Positions 7,663 to 18,137 of a DNA stretch of 64,000 bases are shown here, one piece after another. Source of the DNA: a virus (taxonomy: Duplodnaviria > Caudoviricetes); the IMG/VR virus record IMGVR_UViG_3300001598_000034, positions 64,001 to 128,000 of that record; one strand, 5' to 3'. The position numbers and the translations under genes were made by a program. Positions within the stretch are counted from its first letter, which is position 1, and each line of letters opens with the position of its first letter. The notes beneath the pieces are model-generated. The model made no database searches, was not told the DNA's origin, and saw only the letters and a program-made list of their open reading frames with translations.

Positions 7663-10520
7663 TATGTTTTATACTCCTCTAATTCTCCATAACTTGGACC
7701 AACTTCTGTTTCAGCCACAAAAGGCATCACCTTACATATTGGTAATTCTTTATTTCCTAAAACAGGATGCTCTAAACAATGTTTAGCTATTTGTATAAAC
7801 TCATCTACATAAGTAGATTCTACCTCACACACAACAGAGTCATGTACTGTTGCTACTAATTTATATCTATTTGGATCTAAACGATCATGCATATTAATAA
7901 TTCCACATTGCATCAATTGACTCCCAAATCCCTGAACACAGGTATTCTTAGCTCGACGTTCATCTTTAGCTTTTTCTTTGAAGTCATTTTGATTATCAAT
8001 GTTTGGCAAGTAACGTCTAAATCCAAATGGGTTTACTACATATCCATTCTTTCTAGCAAAACGTACCTGTCCCGTTTGCCACTTTGCCAAAGTTGGATAA
8101 CCCTTGTTAAAATTGTTTATCATTGACTTACAGTCATCTACATTAAACTGCATTGGTACTCCATTATTTCTTGCGTCATTCCCTAGAGTCATGTGTAGAC
8201 CATATGGGCCCATACCATAGAGTACACCAAAGGAAATTGTTTTCGCAGCTTGCCTGCGATCAGGATAATGTTGTTTAATGTATTTACACTGTTTCTTTGT
8301 TAGCTCAATGTCGAACTCTTTTGTTCCTGGTTTAAGTCCTTCTTTTATAAGGTCTTCTTTGAATTCCTTGTCTGGAGTTTGTAACAAGAAGGATACCTTT
8401 GCATTACGAGAGTGAAGATCTATTCCAGATTCATAACTCTCTATAAACAATGGCTCTTTTGCCAAAGCACCCGCAACACGTAATTCCAACTGCGATTGAT
8501 CAAGGTTTACCATTACCCAATCAGGATTTCTTGGAATAAAAGCTTTCTTAATTTTATATTCATGCAGGTCTTCGTAACCAGGGTCAGTTGGTGCCATAGC
8601 AGACGGGATATTCTGCATGTTAACCGCACTTTTACCACCACCAGAACTTAAACGCCCTGTAGCTGTACCCGTAATATTGTATCTTGCCCTTAAGCACCCA
8701 TCTAAATCTGTATTAGAAAGATAGCCATTGAAATACGTAGATAAAAGTTTTGAACACTTACGGTATTTACGCAATGCTTGACTAAATGGAGTATTAATCA
8801 TAGCTAAAGCTACGTCTCCAGTAGGACGATGTCCACCATCATAAAGTTCACCGTCATCATCTTGCACTACGCCTTCTTCTAAAATAGGTACAGCATAACC
8901 AAGCAAATCATATAGAACATGTTCCATTTCTTGTGGGCTATTCCAGTCATATTCATGTCCATTTGCCAATGTTTTTAGTTCTGACTTATAACGCTCAAGG
9001 AGCTTCTCCATATACTCCTTAGTACTCTTTACCCATTCGCCATTTACATGCATTCCATTATGTTCCATTTCACCTAAAGTGATAACGGACTTTGTCATGA
9101 TCCAATGAGCAGGAAGCATATTTTCTTTTTGAATTTGAGCTAAGAATAATTTATAAATACGTAGAGTAGCATCACTATCAGCGGCATTATATGGAGCCAT
9201 TGTTTCCATATTTGCCTGCTCCCATTTAGTCTGTATTATATGACCATCTTCACTGTATTCATCAGGTGTACCCTTCATGTCAGTCTCATATCCGCCTAAA
9301 CTAGTATAGGTCGCAGCCAACATTTTTAAACCTGCATAGCCACCCAAGCCACATAAATAAGCCATATTCATAGTATCGCCTACTATATTTTTTGTAACAA
9401 TATTATTTACTAGACGCAAAAACCAATAGTCAAAACCTACATTATGCCCTATGAATTTAACATCACTAGTCATAAACCTATTTAAAATAGGTAAATACTT
9501 TTCTGGATCATTTTCAATTGGAACACATACGGCACACCCAATATCCCAAGCAAAACTAATGCACCTTAATTTTGCAGGGTGTTCTAAATCGAAAGCGTCC
9601 TTTGGATGTATATCACGGCCGTTAGACTCAATATCGAAAGCATGTACTAACTTCTTAAACCTGTCTTCAGTAGTATGTGCAGTTACAAACTTATCAAATT
9701 CTTCTACAGTTTCCAATAAATAATAGTTATCAGGCATTGAATCCTTGTCGCCAAGAAGTTGCCTATTTACTTGCTTAAAGGCAGCCTCTGCTGCTTTAAA
9801 GGCTTTTTGATCACTGATAACTTTTTCTGGACTTTCTGTAGCTATAAGTTTGCACACCTCTGTATGGTCTTCTCCAATTACAATCGGATTAACCTCAAAT
9901 ATTCTATTAAAGATATCCTTAGAAGGGCCTTCCAACCCAAACGGTACACATGATGGTTTTCCCATACAAATAATAACATTTGGTTTTGCTTTAACGATTG
10001 CTTTACGTAAGTGCTCATTGCAAAACAGAATCATATTTTTTGTTGGGTCTTTTACGTGAGGACAAAACACAGTTGGGAACATATAGATTTTTGTAGCAGA
10101 AGTTAAAGTAGTTGTAGTTAATTCTGCCATTGTGTCCCTCTGATCAAACGGTAATACTTCCTGGCTGTCAAAAGGTCTCGGAACAATAATTACAACTATT
10201 TTTTCTTCTGCACTTTCTCTAATTGTTTTATATGGGACTAACTTATCTAGACTATAAAAAGGGGTTTTATCTAACCCCTTTCCTAATGAACAGGCTTCAC
10301 AGCCTGTCTTCTTCTTTTTCTTTTTAGATGCCAAACGTTTTTTAGCACCAGTTATCTCTGCTGTATTGAAAAGGAGCATCTGTTGAAGATTTTCGTCAGA
10401 CACTTCTTTAGCAATATCAATTCCCTGACTCCTTTCCAGTGTTAGATCTGGGGTCACGAATGACAGCCGTTTGAGATTCGATTTTATCTCTAGCTTCTTC
10501 ACGTTGCTCTTCCTCGACAA
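7662..10520 (-). CDS. polA: family A DNA polymerase with N-terminal uracil-DNA-glycosylase-like domain and 3'-5' exonuclease
   Basis: Exo I AFDIES, Exo II GHNVGFD, Exo III YNAADS; TATGRLSS; motif A DQSQLELR; motif B RQAAKTISFGVLYG; motif C VHDS. N-terminal CEAC...CP...C...KPNVIICMG. True start is probably near 10380-10421. Confidence 0.95.
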   Translation of the reverse strand: MSRKSNVKKLEIKSNLKRLSFVTPDLTLERSQGIDIAKEVSDENLQQMLLFNTAEITGAKKRLASKKKKKKTGCEACSLGKGLDKTPFYSLDKLVPYKTIRESAEEKIVVIIVPRPFDSQEVLPFDQRDTMAELTTTTLTSATKIYMFPTVFCPHVKDPTKNMILFCNEHLRKAIVKAKPNVIICMGKPSCVPFGLEGPSKDIFNRIFEVNPIVIGEDHTEVCKLIATESPEKVISDQKAFKAAEAAFKQVNRQLLGDKDSMPDNYYLLETVEEFDKFVTAHTTEDRFKKLVHAFDIESNGRDIHPKDAFDLEHPAKLRCISFAWDIGCAVCVPIENDPEKYLPILNRFMTSDVKFIGHNVGFDYWFLRLVNNIVTKNIVGDTMNMAYLCGLGGYAGLKMLAATYTSLGGYETDMKGTPDEYSEDGHIIQTKWEQANMETMAPYNAADSDATLRIYKLFLAQIQKENMLPAHWIMTKSVITLGEMEHNGMHVNGEWVKSTKEYMEKLLERYKSELKTLANGHEYDWNSPQEMEHVLYDLLGYAVPILEEGVVQDDDGELYDGGHRPTGDVALAMINTPFSQALRKYRKCSKLLSTYFNGYLSNTDLDGCLRARYNITGTATGRLSSGGGKSAVNMQNIPSAMAPTDPGYEDLHEYKIKKAFIPRNPDWVMVNLDQSQLELRVAGALAKEPLFIESYESGIDLHSRNAKVSFLLQTPDKEFKEDLIKEGLKPGTKEFDIELTKKQCKYIKQHYPDRRQAAKTISFGVLYGMGPYGLHMTLGNDARNNGVPMQFNVDDCKSMINNFNKGYPTLAKWQTGQVRFARKNGYVVNPFGFRRYLPNIDNQNDFKEKAKDERRAKNTCVQGFGSQLMQCGIINMHDRLDPNRYKLVATVHDSVVCEVESTYVDEFIQIAKHCLEHPVLGNKELPICKVMPFVAETEVGPSYGELEEYKT

Positions 10521-13473
10521 CTCCTCTCTTTAATTTTATTACACGTACTATAAAGCCATTAATGCGTTTAGTGGTTGAATTTTTACCAGTCTTAGGATCT
10601 ACTATAATATACCCCATAGCGGCCAATTGATCATAGATAGTTCTCGCGGTATAGTTGATACCACTACCAGTAATTTGCATACGCATTTTATTTACTTCAG
10701 CGATGCATTCATTACCAATTAGATATACACCTTCTTCATCTATCCATCCTAAGCGAACTGAGTTTTCAGCGTGTGGAGTATCTGGATACCCACCCATACC
10801 TTCAAGATGATGTTTACCTGAGTATAATAATGACCGTATAGTATCAACAATAATAGCACCAGCTTGTTGTGCTGCAGTAGCCTGATTCATATTTGCAAGT
10901 ATTAAATTAATACCCTCTTTGTAATATTTATCAAGATCTTGCAGTTCAAGAAATTCAGATGCGTATTTCCAAGATAGTGCATTTACTGCCAAGTTCTCAC
11001 GTACACGAGCATGCATTGCTGGAAATTGAGCTCTAAATGTATTCAGCTCTCTTTCCAACTCAACAGTATTTAAGTGCTTGTTGCACAAAAACTCAATGTA
11101 TTTAGCCATAACCCCCGGTAACGTAGCAGCACCTGCTTGAGCATTAGTTAAATGCTCTGAACTACCATTACTAGGAACACGTAATTCGAGTGTTCTTGCA
11201 GTAATAGAGGTCTCTCCTTCAGGTGGTACGTCCTCTGCCGTAACAATCATATTTCCTCTGATCCACCAAACACGATCATAAGAACTATTCTTACTTACAT
11301 GCATACGAGATCTACCATGACGGTCTGCATAGTTTTGAATTAACCTAGTAACATCTGGTTTCTTACAGTCAACTGGTTTATAGTCATCAATAACGAATGG
11401 CATATCTTTCACATAATAACCATTAACTTCAAGTGAGTTAGGTGTTGATCTCCATGTATCAAAATTCTGATCTTTGAAATCTCCAAAGAAAGAATTCATT
11501 ATACCAGTATAAGATGTTTTAAAAGAACCAGTTTGACCAACAACCCACAAACAATATGGTTTTGCAATTGGTACAAAGTCAGATAATACAGTCCAAAATA
11601 TATGCGACAAATACGGTAAAGTTATTTTATAAGGGAATACCTGAAGAACTTCTTCTCTTATAAATTTCTTAGACTGAGTAAGATCAGATGGACCATCAGT
11701 TAGAAAATAGTTACTATAGTAACTAGGAGAATCTGGTAACTGTACCTGTACATCTTCCAACTCATGAAATCCTTTTTCATCTATATACCCTTTTGGAGTA
11801 TAGTATCTACCGTCTCTCCATCCGGTATGATAGTATACAGTTGCTACATTACCTGCTTCTCCACCTTTAGCAATGGAACTCAATGCCGCCATTGAATTTC
11901 GCAGATTTGCTTCTTGCTTTGGTTCAATAAGTACAGCAGCCGCACCTAACTTCTCGGTTAATACCCTACGTAATTTCTTATCGTCAATAAACTCATCAAT
12001 ATCTATATTAATAACTTTATTTTGATTAATAGTTATTAAACGTACAGTAACACAGCGTTTAATATTGTCGTCACCACTGCCATCATCTAATAGCGTATCT
12101 TGTACGTGCTCCAGTATTACATTTGAAATATGTTTCCACTCTTTATTTTTTCCTTTCTGAGCTAACATCCATATCCCAAAGTTACCATCTGGTTTTAGCG
12201 ATTTACGAAATAGCTCAGCACTAGCTTCTTCTATTTCTTGCATTATGGATTCAAACGTAACACCAGATAAGCTGCCAAAAGCTCTAATAAATAGTTCCCT
12301 ATTTACAGGTGAAAGTCTACGTCCATAATCAACTATTTCAGCACGTATAGATGCACGTTCTTCAATAGTTGCATCAGAATATCTCATGGCTAATTTTTGA
12401 CCAATCCACATAAATGCAGGACGCCTATTTTCAAAGGCTTTTTCTAGATCTGCATATGTATGCTTAGTTGCCCACTCTGATGGGTCTGCATCAGCCTTAT
12501 AATCTTCTGGAAATAAATTAAATGTATCAGGAAATGCCTCTGCAATGTCTTGTGCGTATTTAATACCAGCAGCATCATTATCAGGGAAAATATACAGATT
12601 TTTAATACCCATATTCTGCACAGTAGTTATCCCTGTAGCTATGTTGCCGCCACCACTAAAGCAATAAATTGGCTCTCGTTTATTTGGGTCTTCTTCATAT
12701 ACTAATGAAGACAATGTGCCAACATCAAATTCACCTTCTACAAGTACCGCTTTATCAGGCATAGTACAGTTCATAAACCAGGAAAAGAAACCCATACTGG
12801 TTTTACTTCCAATTTTAGAACCAAGGAAAAACGTTTTCTTTTCTTTACCTTTTTCGTTAGCTACATTACGTACTTTTAATCTACTAATTTCACTATATGA
12901 ATTCTTATAAAAGAATATCAAAGATCCAGATACTTGCAGATTTTTTGCTTCAGATACACAAACTTCTTGTTCCAGTATTTCCGATAAATTATTCTCAACT
13001 ACCCACGCACGCACCTCTTGCAATGACGGATAGTAGCCCAAAGCAGCTAAAGGTAATGTATCAGTATTAATATGCCTTCTGGCAATATATGCACGCACTC
13101 CAGCAGCTTGAGGAGAATTACACAACAGGTCATTAGTCCATCTATAAAAACGATGCAAAGCCTCGTTTCGCTCACGATCTATTTTCTGTTGTGCAGTTTC
13201 TTGTAAATATCCCTTCTTTAAAAGCCAGTTATTCGCTCCAGGGATACTTTCAGTGCCAGGAATACCTGATAATCGTACTAAATCAAGTAAATTACCACCA
13301 ATATTCTCAGCAAAACAATGCCATTTATCCCGCCCCTTAGCATCTACATATACAGCAAAGGCGGGAGTGTGAGTGTTTTTATGTAGCGGGCAATAACCTT
13401 TAGCATAAGGCCCCCTACGATCCCAGTTAAAATTAAAATCGGGAAATAACGTTTCAATAGCATCTATGAGCAT
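10417..13473 (-). CDS. DNA primase-helicase (CHC2 zinc finger + Toprim + DUF927-like P-loop domain)
   Basis: CPLH...WHCF; Toprim EGEFD and PDND; Walker A GQTGSFKT; Walker B FVIDD. Confidence 0.9.
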   Translation of the reverse strand: MLIDAIETLFPDFNFNWDRRGPYAKGYCPLHKNTHTPAFAVYVDAKGRDKWHCFAENIGGNLLDLVRLSGIPGTESIPGANNWLLKKGYLQETAQQKIDRERNEALHRFYRWTNDLLCNSPQAAGVRAYIARRHINTDTLPLAALGYYPSLQEVRAWVVENNLSEILEQEVCVSEAKNLQVSGSLIFFYKNSYSEISRLKVRNVANEKGKEKKTFFLGSKIGSKTSMGFFSWFMNCTMPDKAVLVEGEFDVGTLSSLVYEEDPNKREPIYCFSGGGNIATGITTVQNMGIKNLYIFPDNDAAGIKYAQDIAEAFPDTFNLFPEDYKADADPSEWATKHTYADLEKAFENRRPAFMWIGQKLAMRYSDATIEERASIRAEIVDYGRRLSPVNRELFIRAFGSLSGVTFESIMQEIEEASAELFRKSLKPDGNFGIWMLAQKGKNKEWKHISNVILEHVQDTLLDDGSGDDNIKRCVTVRLITINQNKVINIDIDEFIDDKKLRRVLTEKLGAAAVLIEPKQEANLRNSMAALSSIAKGGEAGNVATVYYHTGWRDGRYYTPKGYIDEKGFHELEDVQVQLPDSPSYYSNYFLTDGPSDLTQSKKFIREEVLQVFPYKITLPYLSHIFWTVLSDFVPIAKPYCLWVVGQTGSFKTSYTGIMNSFFGDFKDQNFDTWRSTPNSLEVNGYYVKDMPFVIDDYKPVDCKKPDVTRLIQNYADRHGRSRMHVSKNSSYDRVWWIRGNMIVTAEDVPPEGETSITARTLELRVPSNGSSEHLTNAQAGAATLPGVMAKYIEFLCNKHLNTVELERELNTFRAQFPAMHARVRENLAVNALSWKYASEFLELQDLDKYYKEGINLILANMNQATAAQQAGAIIVDTIRSLLYSGKHHLEGMGGYPDTPHAENSVRLGWIDEEGVYLIGNECIAEVNKMRMQITGSGINYTARTIYDQLAAMGYIIVDPKTGKNSTTKRINGFIVRVIKLKRGVVEEEQREEARDKIESQTAVIRDPRSNTGKESGN

Positions 13474-13520
13474 TTTACGTTTTCCCTCCTTTCTACTTTT
13501 ATTCGAGATATGTGCCTACT

Positions 13521-14429
13521 CTATATTATACCTGATGCTGTAGGATGCGTTTTTATATCCTCTCGGTGAGCTGCAAGTGTATTCAGATTAGACATTTGCG
13601 CAGTTGCACAAGTATCTTTAAAACTACACATACCACACATGTAGCTTTCTTCTTCTGGAAATACACCATTCATTTCACAGTCAAGTATCCTGTCTTCTAA
13701 TGTATGTAGAGTATTAATATATGTTTGCATGAAAAATTTATTTTCGTCTCGTGTGGTCATGCTCCATACAGCTTTTCCCCTACGTAAATAATTGAGACAG
13801 AAATAACACTTTTCCCAATCAAGTTTATACGTATTGGTAATAAAGCCTACATATAAATTTAATTGAGGATTTTCATGAACTTTCTTTTGTGAAGAAATTG
13901 ATTTATTTGTTTTATGGTCAACAATATAAAGAGTTTTTTCCTTCTGATCATAAGCCCATAAATCAACTCTTCCACGCAGATAAGTCCTATAGGTACCTGG
14001 TTCATATTGTGCTCTTGTTAAATTTTCTTGTAATCCAAAAGCACTTTCTATTTTCCAGTGTTTGATTTGTTTTTCCGTTAAAAATGTTTTCCATTTGGAA
14101 ACAAAAGACACCATATAATTTAAAAGCGGGAGTGCATCTCTATATGCAACTTCTTTGTCTCCCACCCCATCATAGGTGTCTCTTATTTGTTGAAGATATG
14201 CCTGAGCTTTTTCTAATGTTGGAGCTTCAGTGTCTCTAAGCATATTTTCAATAGTTTCATGAGCAAAACTCCCAAGAAGTAAAGCCGGAGAGTTTTCACG
14301 CTCTCCGGACAAATAAATTCTTGCAAATTTTGCCATACAGGTTTTTGCTACTTCGGCTTTTGAATGACTAAATGGCAAATGACCTTCTCGACCTTCCATC
14401 AGTCCAAACCCAAGTGTATTAATATTCAT
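13521..14429 (-). CDS. PD-(D/E)XK (RecB/Cas4-like) exonuclease
   Basis: FSHS...C, GRVDL, IVDHKT, QLNLY, C-terminal CGMCSFKDTC. Confidence 0.85.
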   Translation of the reverse strand: MNINTLGFGLMEGREGHLPFSHSKAEVAKTCMAKFARIYLSGERENSPALLLGSFAHETIENMLRDTEAPTLEKAQAYLQQIRDTYDGVGDKEVAYRDALPLLNYMVSFVSKWKTFLTEKQIKHWKIESAFGLQENLTRAQYEPGTYRTYLRGRVDLWAYDQKEKTLYIVDHKTNKSISSQKKVHENPQLNLYVGFITNTYKLDWEKCYFCLNYLRRGKAVWSMTTRDENKFFMQTYINTLHTLEDRILDCEMNGVFPEEESYMCGMCSFKDTCATAQMSNLNTLAAHREDIKTHPTASGII

Positions 14430-14433
14430 TTTT

Positions 14434-15054
14434 CTAACTACTTTTTACAAGATTTTTTTCTTGTGCTTTAGAAATACTATCTTTTAGAGAATCTAAAGAT
14501 ATTGTCAAATAGTTACGTGATGCGATATAGTCACCTAAGTGAACAATAAACTGGCCTCTATTACCCGGCGTTTGATTACCCCATTCACCCATGTGAGCCA
14601 CAACCAAACCCCCAATAATTTTGCCAATTTTCTCTTGATTTCTTTCCTTAGCAAACTTTAATATTTCCTGCGCTGCTATGTTAGGATGGCTACGCTCATA
14701 CTTAGCGCCTTCCTTTCCATGCTTAAAGGTGTCATGTAACAGTGCTGCTGATAATATCAGATCTTTGTCTACAGATTTAAATTGCAAATATTGTAACTGA
14801 ACAATATCCAACAGTACAGCTACCATAGCGAGTGTATGACGTACTAAGCCCCCTTCGCCATGGGATCCTGCCATATGATGTTCAACATGTTTAGCTGCAG
14901 GAATTGTTTGAAAATATTTGGGAACTCGTTCTGCAATAAATGCTTGTACGAATTCTCTAATTTCTTTGTTATTAATTAAGTAAGTGGAATCCATATATAA
15001 GGCGTAGTCGTCCCTTTCAGGGACGGCCACGTTTTTCTCTGCAATAGATTCCAT
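14434..15054 (-). CDS. HD-domain phosphohydrolase (YhaM-like)
   Basis: PAA..HH...GGLVRHT, LLHDTFK, AHMG, HLGD. Confidence 0.85.
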   Translation of the reverse strand: MESIAEKNVAVPERDDYALYMDSTYLINNKEIREFVQAFIAERVPKYFQTIPAAKHVEHHMAGSHGEGGLVRHTLAMVAVLLDIVQLQYLQFKSVDKDLILSAALLHDTFKHGKEGAKYERSHPNIAAQEILKFAKERNQEKIGKIIGGLVVAHMGEWGNQTPGNRGQFIVHLGDYIASRNYLTISLDSLKDSISKAQEKNLVKSS

Positions 15055-15076
15055 TTTGATTAATCCTCGCTATTAA

Positions 15077-16006
15077 TCAAAACGGCAACTTTGCCTCTGC
15101 AGTATCGGTCGCTGCTTCCGTCTCTACGTCTAAACCCATATCTTCTGCGATATTAGAAGATACATCTTTAAAGTCATTAGTCGCAGAGTCTGCTTCTTCT
15201 TTCATGTTGTCCAAAGCAATTTTACGTGCAGTTTCAATCTGACGTTTACGCAGATTCATTACTTCTTTAAATGTTTCAATGAACTCAGCTTTTATAGCTT
15301 CATCCATGGTAGGTGCCTCAGCAATAGGAGGAACATCCAAATCAATAACGTAGTAAGTTGCATTAATTTTAGCATTTTTAACCTTCTTTGCAGTAACTAA
15401 ACTCTCAAACATAAACATAGGAAGGTTAAGTTTCTTAAACTTCTGACTTTGGGTATGAAGTTTACCCGCAAACTCCTTTCCAGACTTGTAACTAGTACGA
15501 GACAAAATAATACGATAAAGATCATTAGGATTATCATTCAATGCCACAACTAATGTATATTGAGGTGCACAATGATCTTTACTATCAAAGTTCATAAAGT
15601 TACAGGTTGCGCAAGGACCATAGGTAGTGCCAATATCACCTTTGGCAAATTCACTAGCAGTTGGGCAACTACATTCGATATTGCTGTTTCCAGCATCACG
15701 AGGTGGGAACTTAACTCTTTGTCTCCACATTCCAATAAGCCTAAACTTTGCAGAGTTACCAATGATTTCTCCAGTAACGTCGTTAATAAAGATACCAGGA
15801 TGAATGTTCTCATTATCACCAGAAGTTACTTCTGGGCTCAATGCTTGCATCAATTTCAAAGTAGGAATTTGACTCAAAGACATTTCCATGCCTTCAATTG
15901 CTTCTCCCCAATCTTCAAAAGAGGTATCTACATCACCAGATACTGTAGTGGTAAGAGCCTCGCTCTCAATAATTTCTTCTGCCATTTCTTTCTTTTTTGT
16001 TGCCAT
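15077..16006 (-). CDS. putative single-stranded DNA-binding/annealing protein
   Basis: IPTLKLMQALSPEV motif, Cys cluster, acidic tail ending LPF, replication context. Confidence 0.6.
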   Translation of the reverse strand: MATKKKEMAEEIIESEALTTTVSGDVDTSFEDWGEAIEGMEMSLSQIPTLKLMQALSPEVTSGDNENIHPGIFINDVTGEIIGNSAKFRLIGMWRQRVKFPPRDAGNSNIECSCPTASEFAKGDIGTTYGPCATCNFMNFDSKDHCAPQYTLVVALNDNPNDLYRIILSRTSYKSGKEFAGKLHTQSQKFKKLNLPMFMFESLVTAKKVKNAKINATYYVIDLDVPPIAEAPTMDEAIKAEFIETFKEVMNLRKRQIETARKIALDNMKEEADSATNDFKDVSSNIAEDMGLDVETEAATDTAEAKLPF

Positions 16007-16077
16007 GTTTTTGTACTCCGATCTTGTTAAAATAAATTAAAATAAGTTAAACAATATATACAATAACTAATTCTATT

Positions 16078-16386
16078 TTAGTTATTTTCTTGAGAAGTAG
16101 CAGCTTCCTTTTTGTTAGGATCAACTGCTTTAAAGCTATATTTCAATTTCCACTTTTCTGGAACTGATACTAACTCGCCAGTTTGAGGACTTCTAGCCTG
16201 TCTGGCAGGCACAATTACTTTCTTCAAGGTTCCGCCGATCTCAGGAAAACGAAAATCCTTACCATTATCAACTACTTCTTCTTTAATAAACTTAAAGAAC
16301 ATAGAAACCATATCAGAAGCTTTGTTTTTAGAAAGCCCCAATTCTTTTGCTACCTTTTCCACAAGGTCTTCTCGCTTAAATAACAT
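16078..16386 (-). CDS. HU/IHF-like DNA-binding protein
   Basis: REDLVEKVAKELGLSK...ARQARSPQTGE. Confidence 0.9.
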   Translation of the reverse strand: MLFKREDLVEKVAKELGLSKNKASDMVSMFFKFIKEEVVDNGKDFRFPEIGGTLKKVIVPARQARSPQTGELVSVPEKWKLKYSFKAVDPNKKEAATSQENN

Positions 16387-16995
16387 TTACTTTATTCTCT
16401 CTTTCTTCTTTGTTTTTATAGCCAAACTATTTTTAATTAGTGGTTTAGACCCTTGAGCAATTCTTGCCATTACATAAGCATCATTAACGTCATTAGACTT
16501 ATGCTTGTATTTCCAGCGTCGTCTAACTCCATTTATTACTTGAACTTTAGTCGCTGCGCCATTACTACAGGCTACCTTTTTCACATAAGGTGGAGCTACC
16601 AAATAATAGGTATACCCATGTGTAGCTAACCAGTATTCGAGCACCCCTGACAGTTTACCAAGTTTAAATGCGCCAAACTCCGCAGCAAAAGCTGCCCCTT
16701 CCATTACTACAAGAATAGCACTTGCAGGATAGTCTTTTAGCAACGTTTCTAACTGTGTTATAAGTGAATTCATACGTGCTATAAAAGTATCCCCAGGTTT
16801 TCCAGCTTTAATTGTACAAGCAATTAAAGGCTCAATTTCTCTACTCTCATGCGGAAGCAAAACTATTCCAGTAGAAGAATAGCTCGGGTCTATACCAAGA
16901 TAGTAATTAAAGGTAGACCTATCCACTACTGTCTTTTCGTCAAGATACTCTACAGTAGCTTTAGCTTTTTTAGCTTTAGCGGCCATTCCTGTCAT
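16387..16995 (-). CDS. RuvC-like Holliday junction resolvase
   Basis: LGIDPSYSSTG, VVMEG, VKKVACSNGAATK, DVNDAY. Confidence 0.85.
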   Translation of the reverse strand: MTGMAAKAKKAKATVEYLDEKTVVDRSTFNYYLGIDPSYSSTGIVLLPHESREIEPLIACTIKAGKPGDTFIARMNSLITQLETLLKDYPASAILVVMEGAAFAAEFGAFKLGKLSGVLEYWLATHGYTYYLVAPPYVKKVACSNGAATKVQVINGVRRRWKYKHKSNDVNDAYVMARIAQGSKPLIKNSLAIKTKKKERIK

Positions 16996-17866
16996 ACCAT
17001 CCTGCAGAAATTAGCTCTCCTCTTAACAACATATTTCCCTTGCGTTCTTGTTTACTATATTCAGAAATAGAAAGCCCGAGTTTTTCTCTGATTTTCTTCT
17101 TCGGTGTTTCTTGTTCTCCGTTAGTACCAAGACGCATATTAAGTATTTGTGCTGCTATTGGAAAATTTTCTGCTATCGCATTAATAGCTTTTTCTACAAA
17201 TATGTTAAGTTCTTGCTGTTCTAATTGGCGTTCAGTATTAGAATTTTTATCTTCTATTAGTTCGCCAATAGGCTCAACATCACCCTCTGCATTTTCATTT
17301 TCATAGTCCAAGCTTTTAATACGAGATGCAGTGATGTTCATGATTTTTAATTCATTTAATTTCTTGCTATTTATTTTAAGGGTATCCATAATTTCCTGGT
17401 CTGTCTTCCCTTGTAAAGATAACTTAATAAAATTAAATAAACGCTCTTTCGCATCACGCCCAATAACTAATCCGCCCATAGGCAGTAGTTCATTACGCAC
17501 TTCAATATAAATAAATTTATTTATCCATGAAGTTGCGTAGGTGAGAAAAGTATACCCTCTTGTAGGGTCAAAACGCTTTGCTGCTTCTAGGAGCCCAAGT
17601 ATTCCTGCTTGGAGTATGTCTTCAGCAAACCAATGTCCCTCTGTAATATCAATGATATTTTTAAGAATATACTTATAATGCTTTATTACAAGTAAGTTCG
17701 CTGCTTTAAGACTCCCTTTTTTATAGTCATTAATCAAAGTAACATCATCTGGAGTAGGACGCTCCATCTTTTTAAGTTGAGCCAATAAAGGGCAATTAAA
17801 CCCGCCTTTATAAGTTCTACTAGTTTCTGCCTCAGCTTCGCCTAATACATAATTTTCAGCTTCCAT
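16976..17866 (-). CDS. sigma-70 family RNA polymerase sigma factor (replication block)
   Basis: EDILQAGILGLLEAAKRFDPTRGYTFLTYATSWI (region 2); region 4-like C-terminus. Confidence 0.9.
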   Translation of the reverse strand: MEAENYVLGEAEAETSRTYKGGFNCPLLAQLKKMERPTPDDVTLINDYKKGSLKAANLLVIKHYKYILKNIIDITEGHWFAEDILQAGILGLLEAAKRFDPTRGYTFLTYATSWINKFIYIEVRNELLPMGGLVIGRDAKERLFNFIKLSLQGKTDQEIMDTLKINSKKLNELKIMNITASRIKSLDYENENAEGDVEPIGELIEDKNSNTERQLEQQELNIFVEKAINAIAENFPIAAQILNMRLGTNGEQETPKKKIREKLGLSISEYSKQERKGNMLLRGELISAGWYDRNGR

Positions 17867-17985
17867 AAATTTTCCTTTCTCGTAATAAGTGATTGTACTT
17901 AATATTATACCTAAGAAAGTAGTTTTTAGAAACCTTGCGATATAGTGCTTACAACTGCGACTTACTTATAAAAAGTTAAAAAACA

Positions 17986-18080
17986 AATGTAGTAGGTGTC
18001 CTTGGATATATAAAGAAAGGGGCCCGTGTATTTCAACGAACACACCCCTCTCTATATATCGCAAGGATTCCTACTACATT
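17986..18080 (-). ncRNA. candidate ~95-nt hairpin sRNA
   Basis: Stacked stems AATGTAGTAGG/CCTACTACATT, TCCTTG/CAAGGA and GATATATA/TATATATC; starts directly after a GGTATAAGTAT motif; U-rich tail. Confidence 0.5.
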
Positions 18081-18081
18081 A

Positions 18082-18132
18082 TACTTATACCTAATTTTTT
18101 AATATTTTTTTGAATTAAAATAAGGTATAAAA
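18082..18132. promoter_or_regulatory. divergent pair of GGTATAA promoter-like motifs
   Basis: - strand AGGTATAAGTA (18082-18092) and + strand AGGTATAAAA (18123-18132) around an A/T tract. Confidence 0.5.
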
Positions 18133-18137
18133 TATAG

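Noticed and set aside
13521-14429. Cas4-like nuclease as evidence of CRISPR-Cas
   Set aside because: No array or other cas genes seen; solo PD-(D/E)XK nucleases are common in phage replication blocks.
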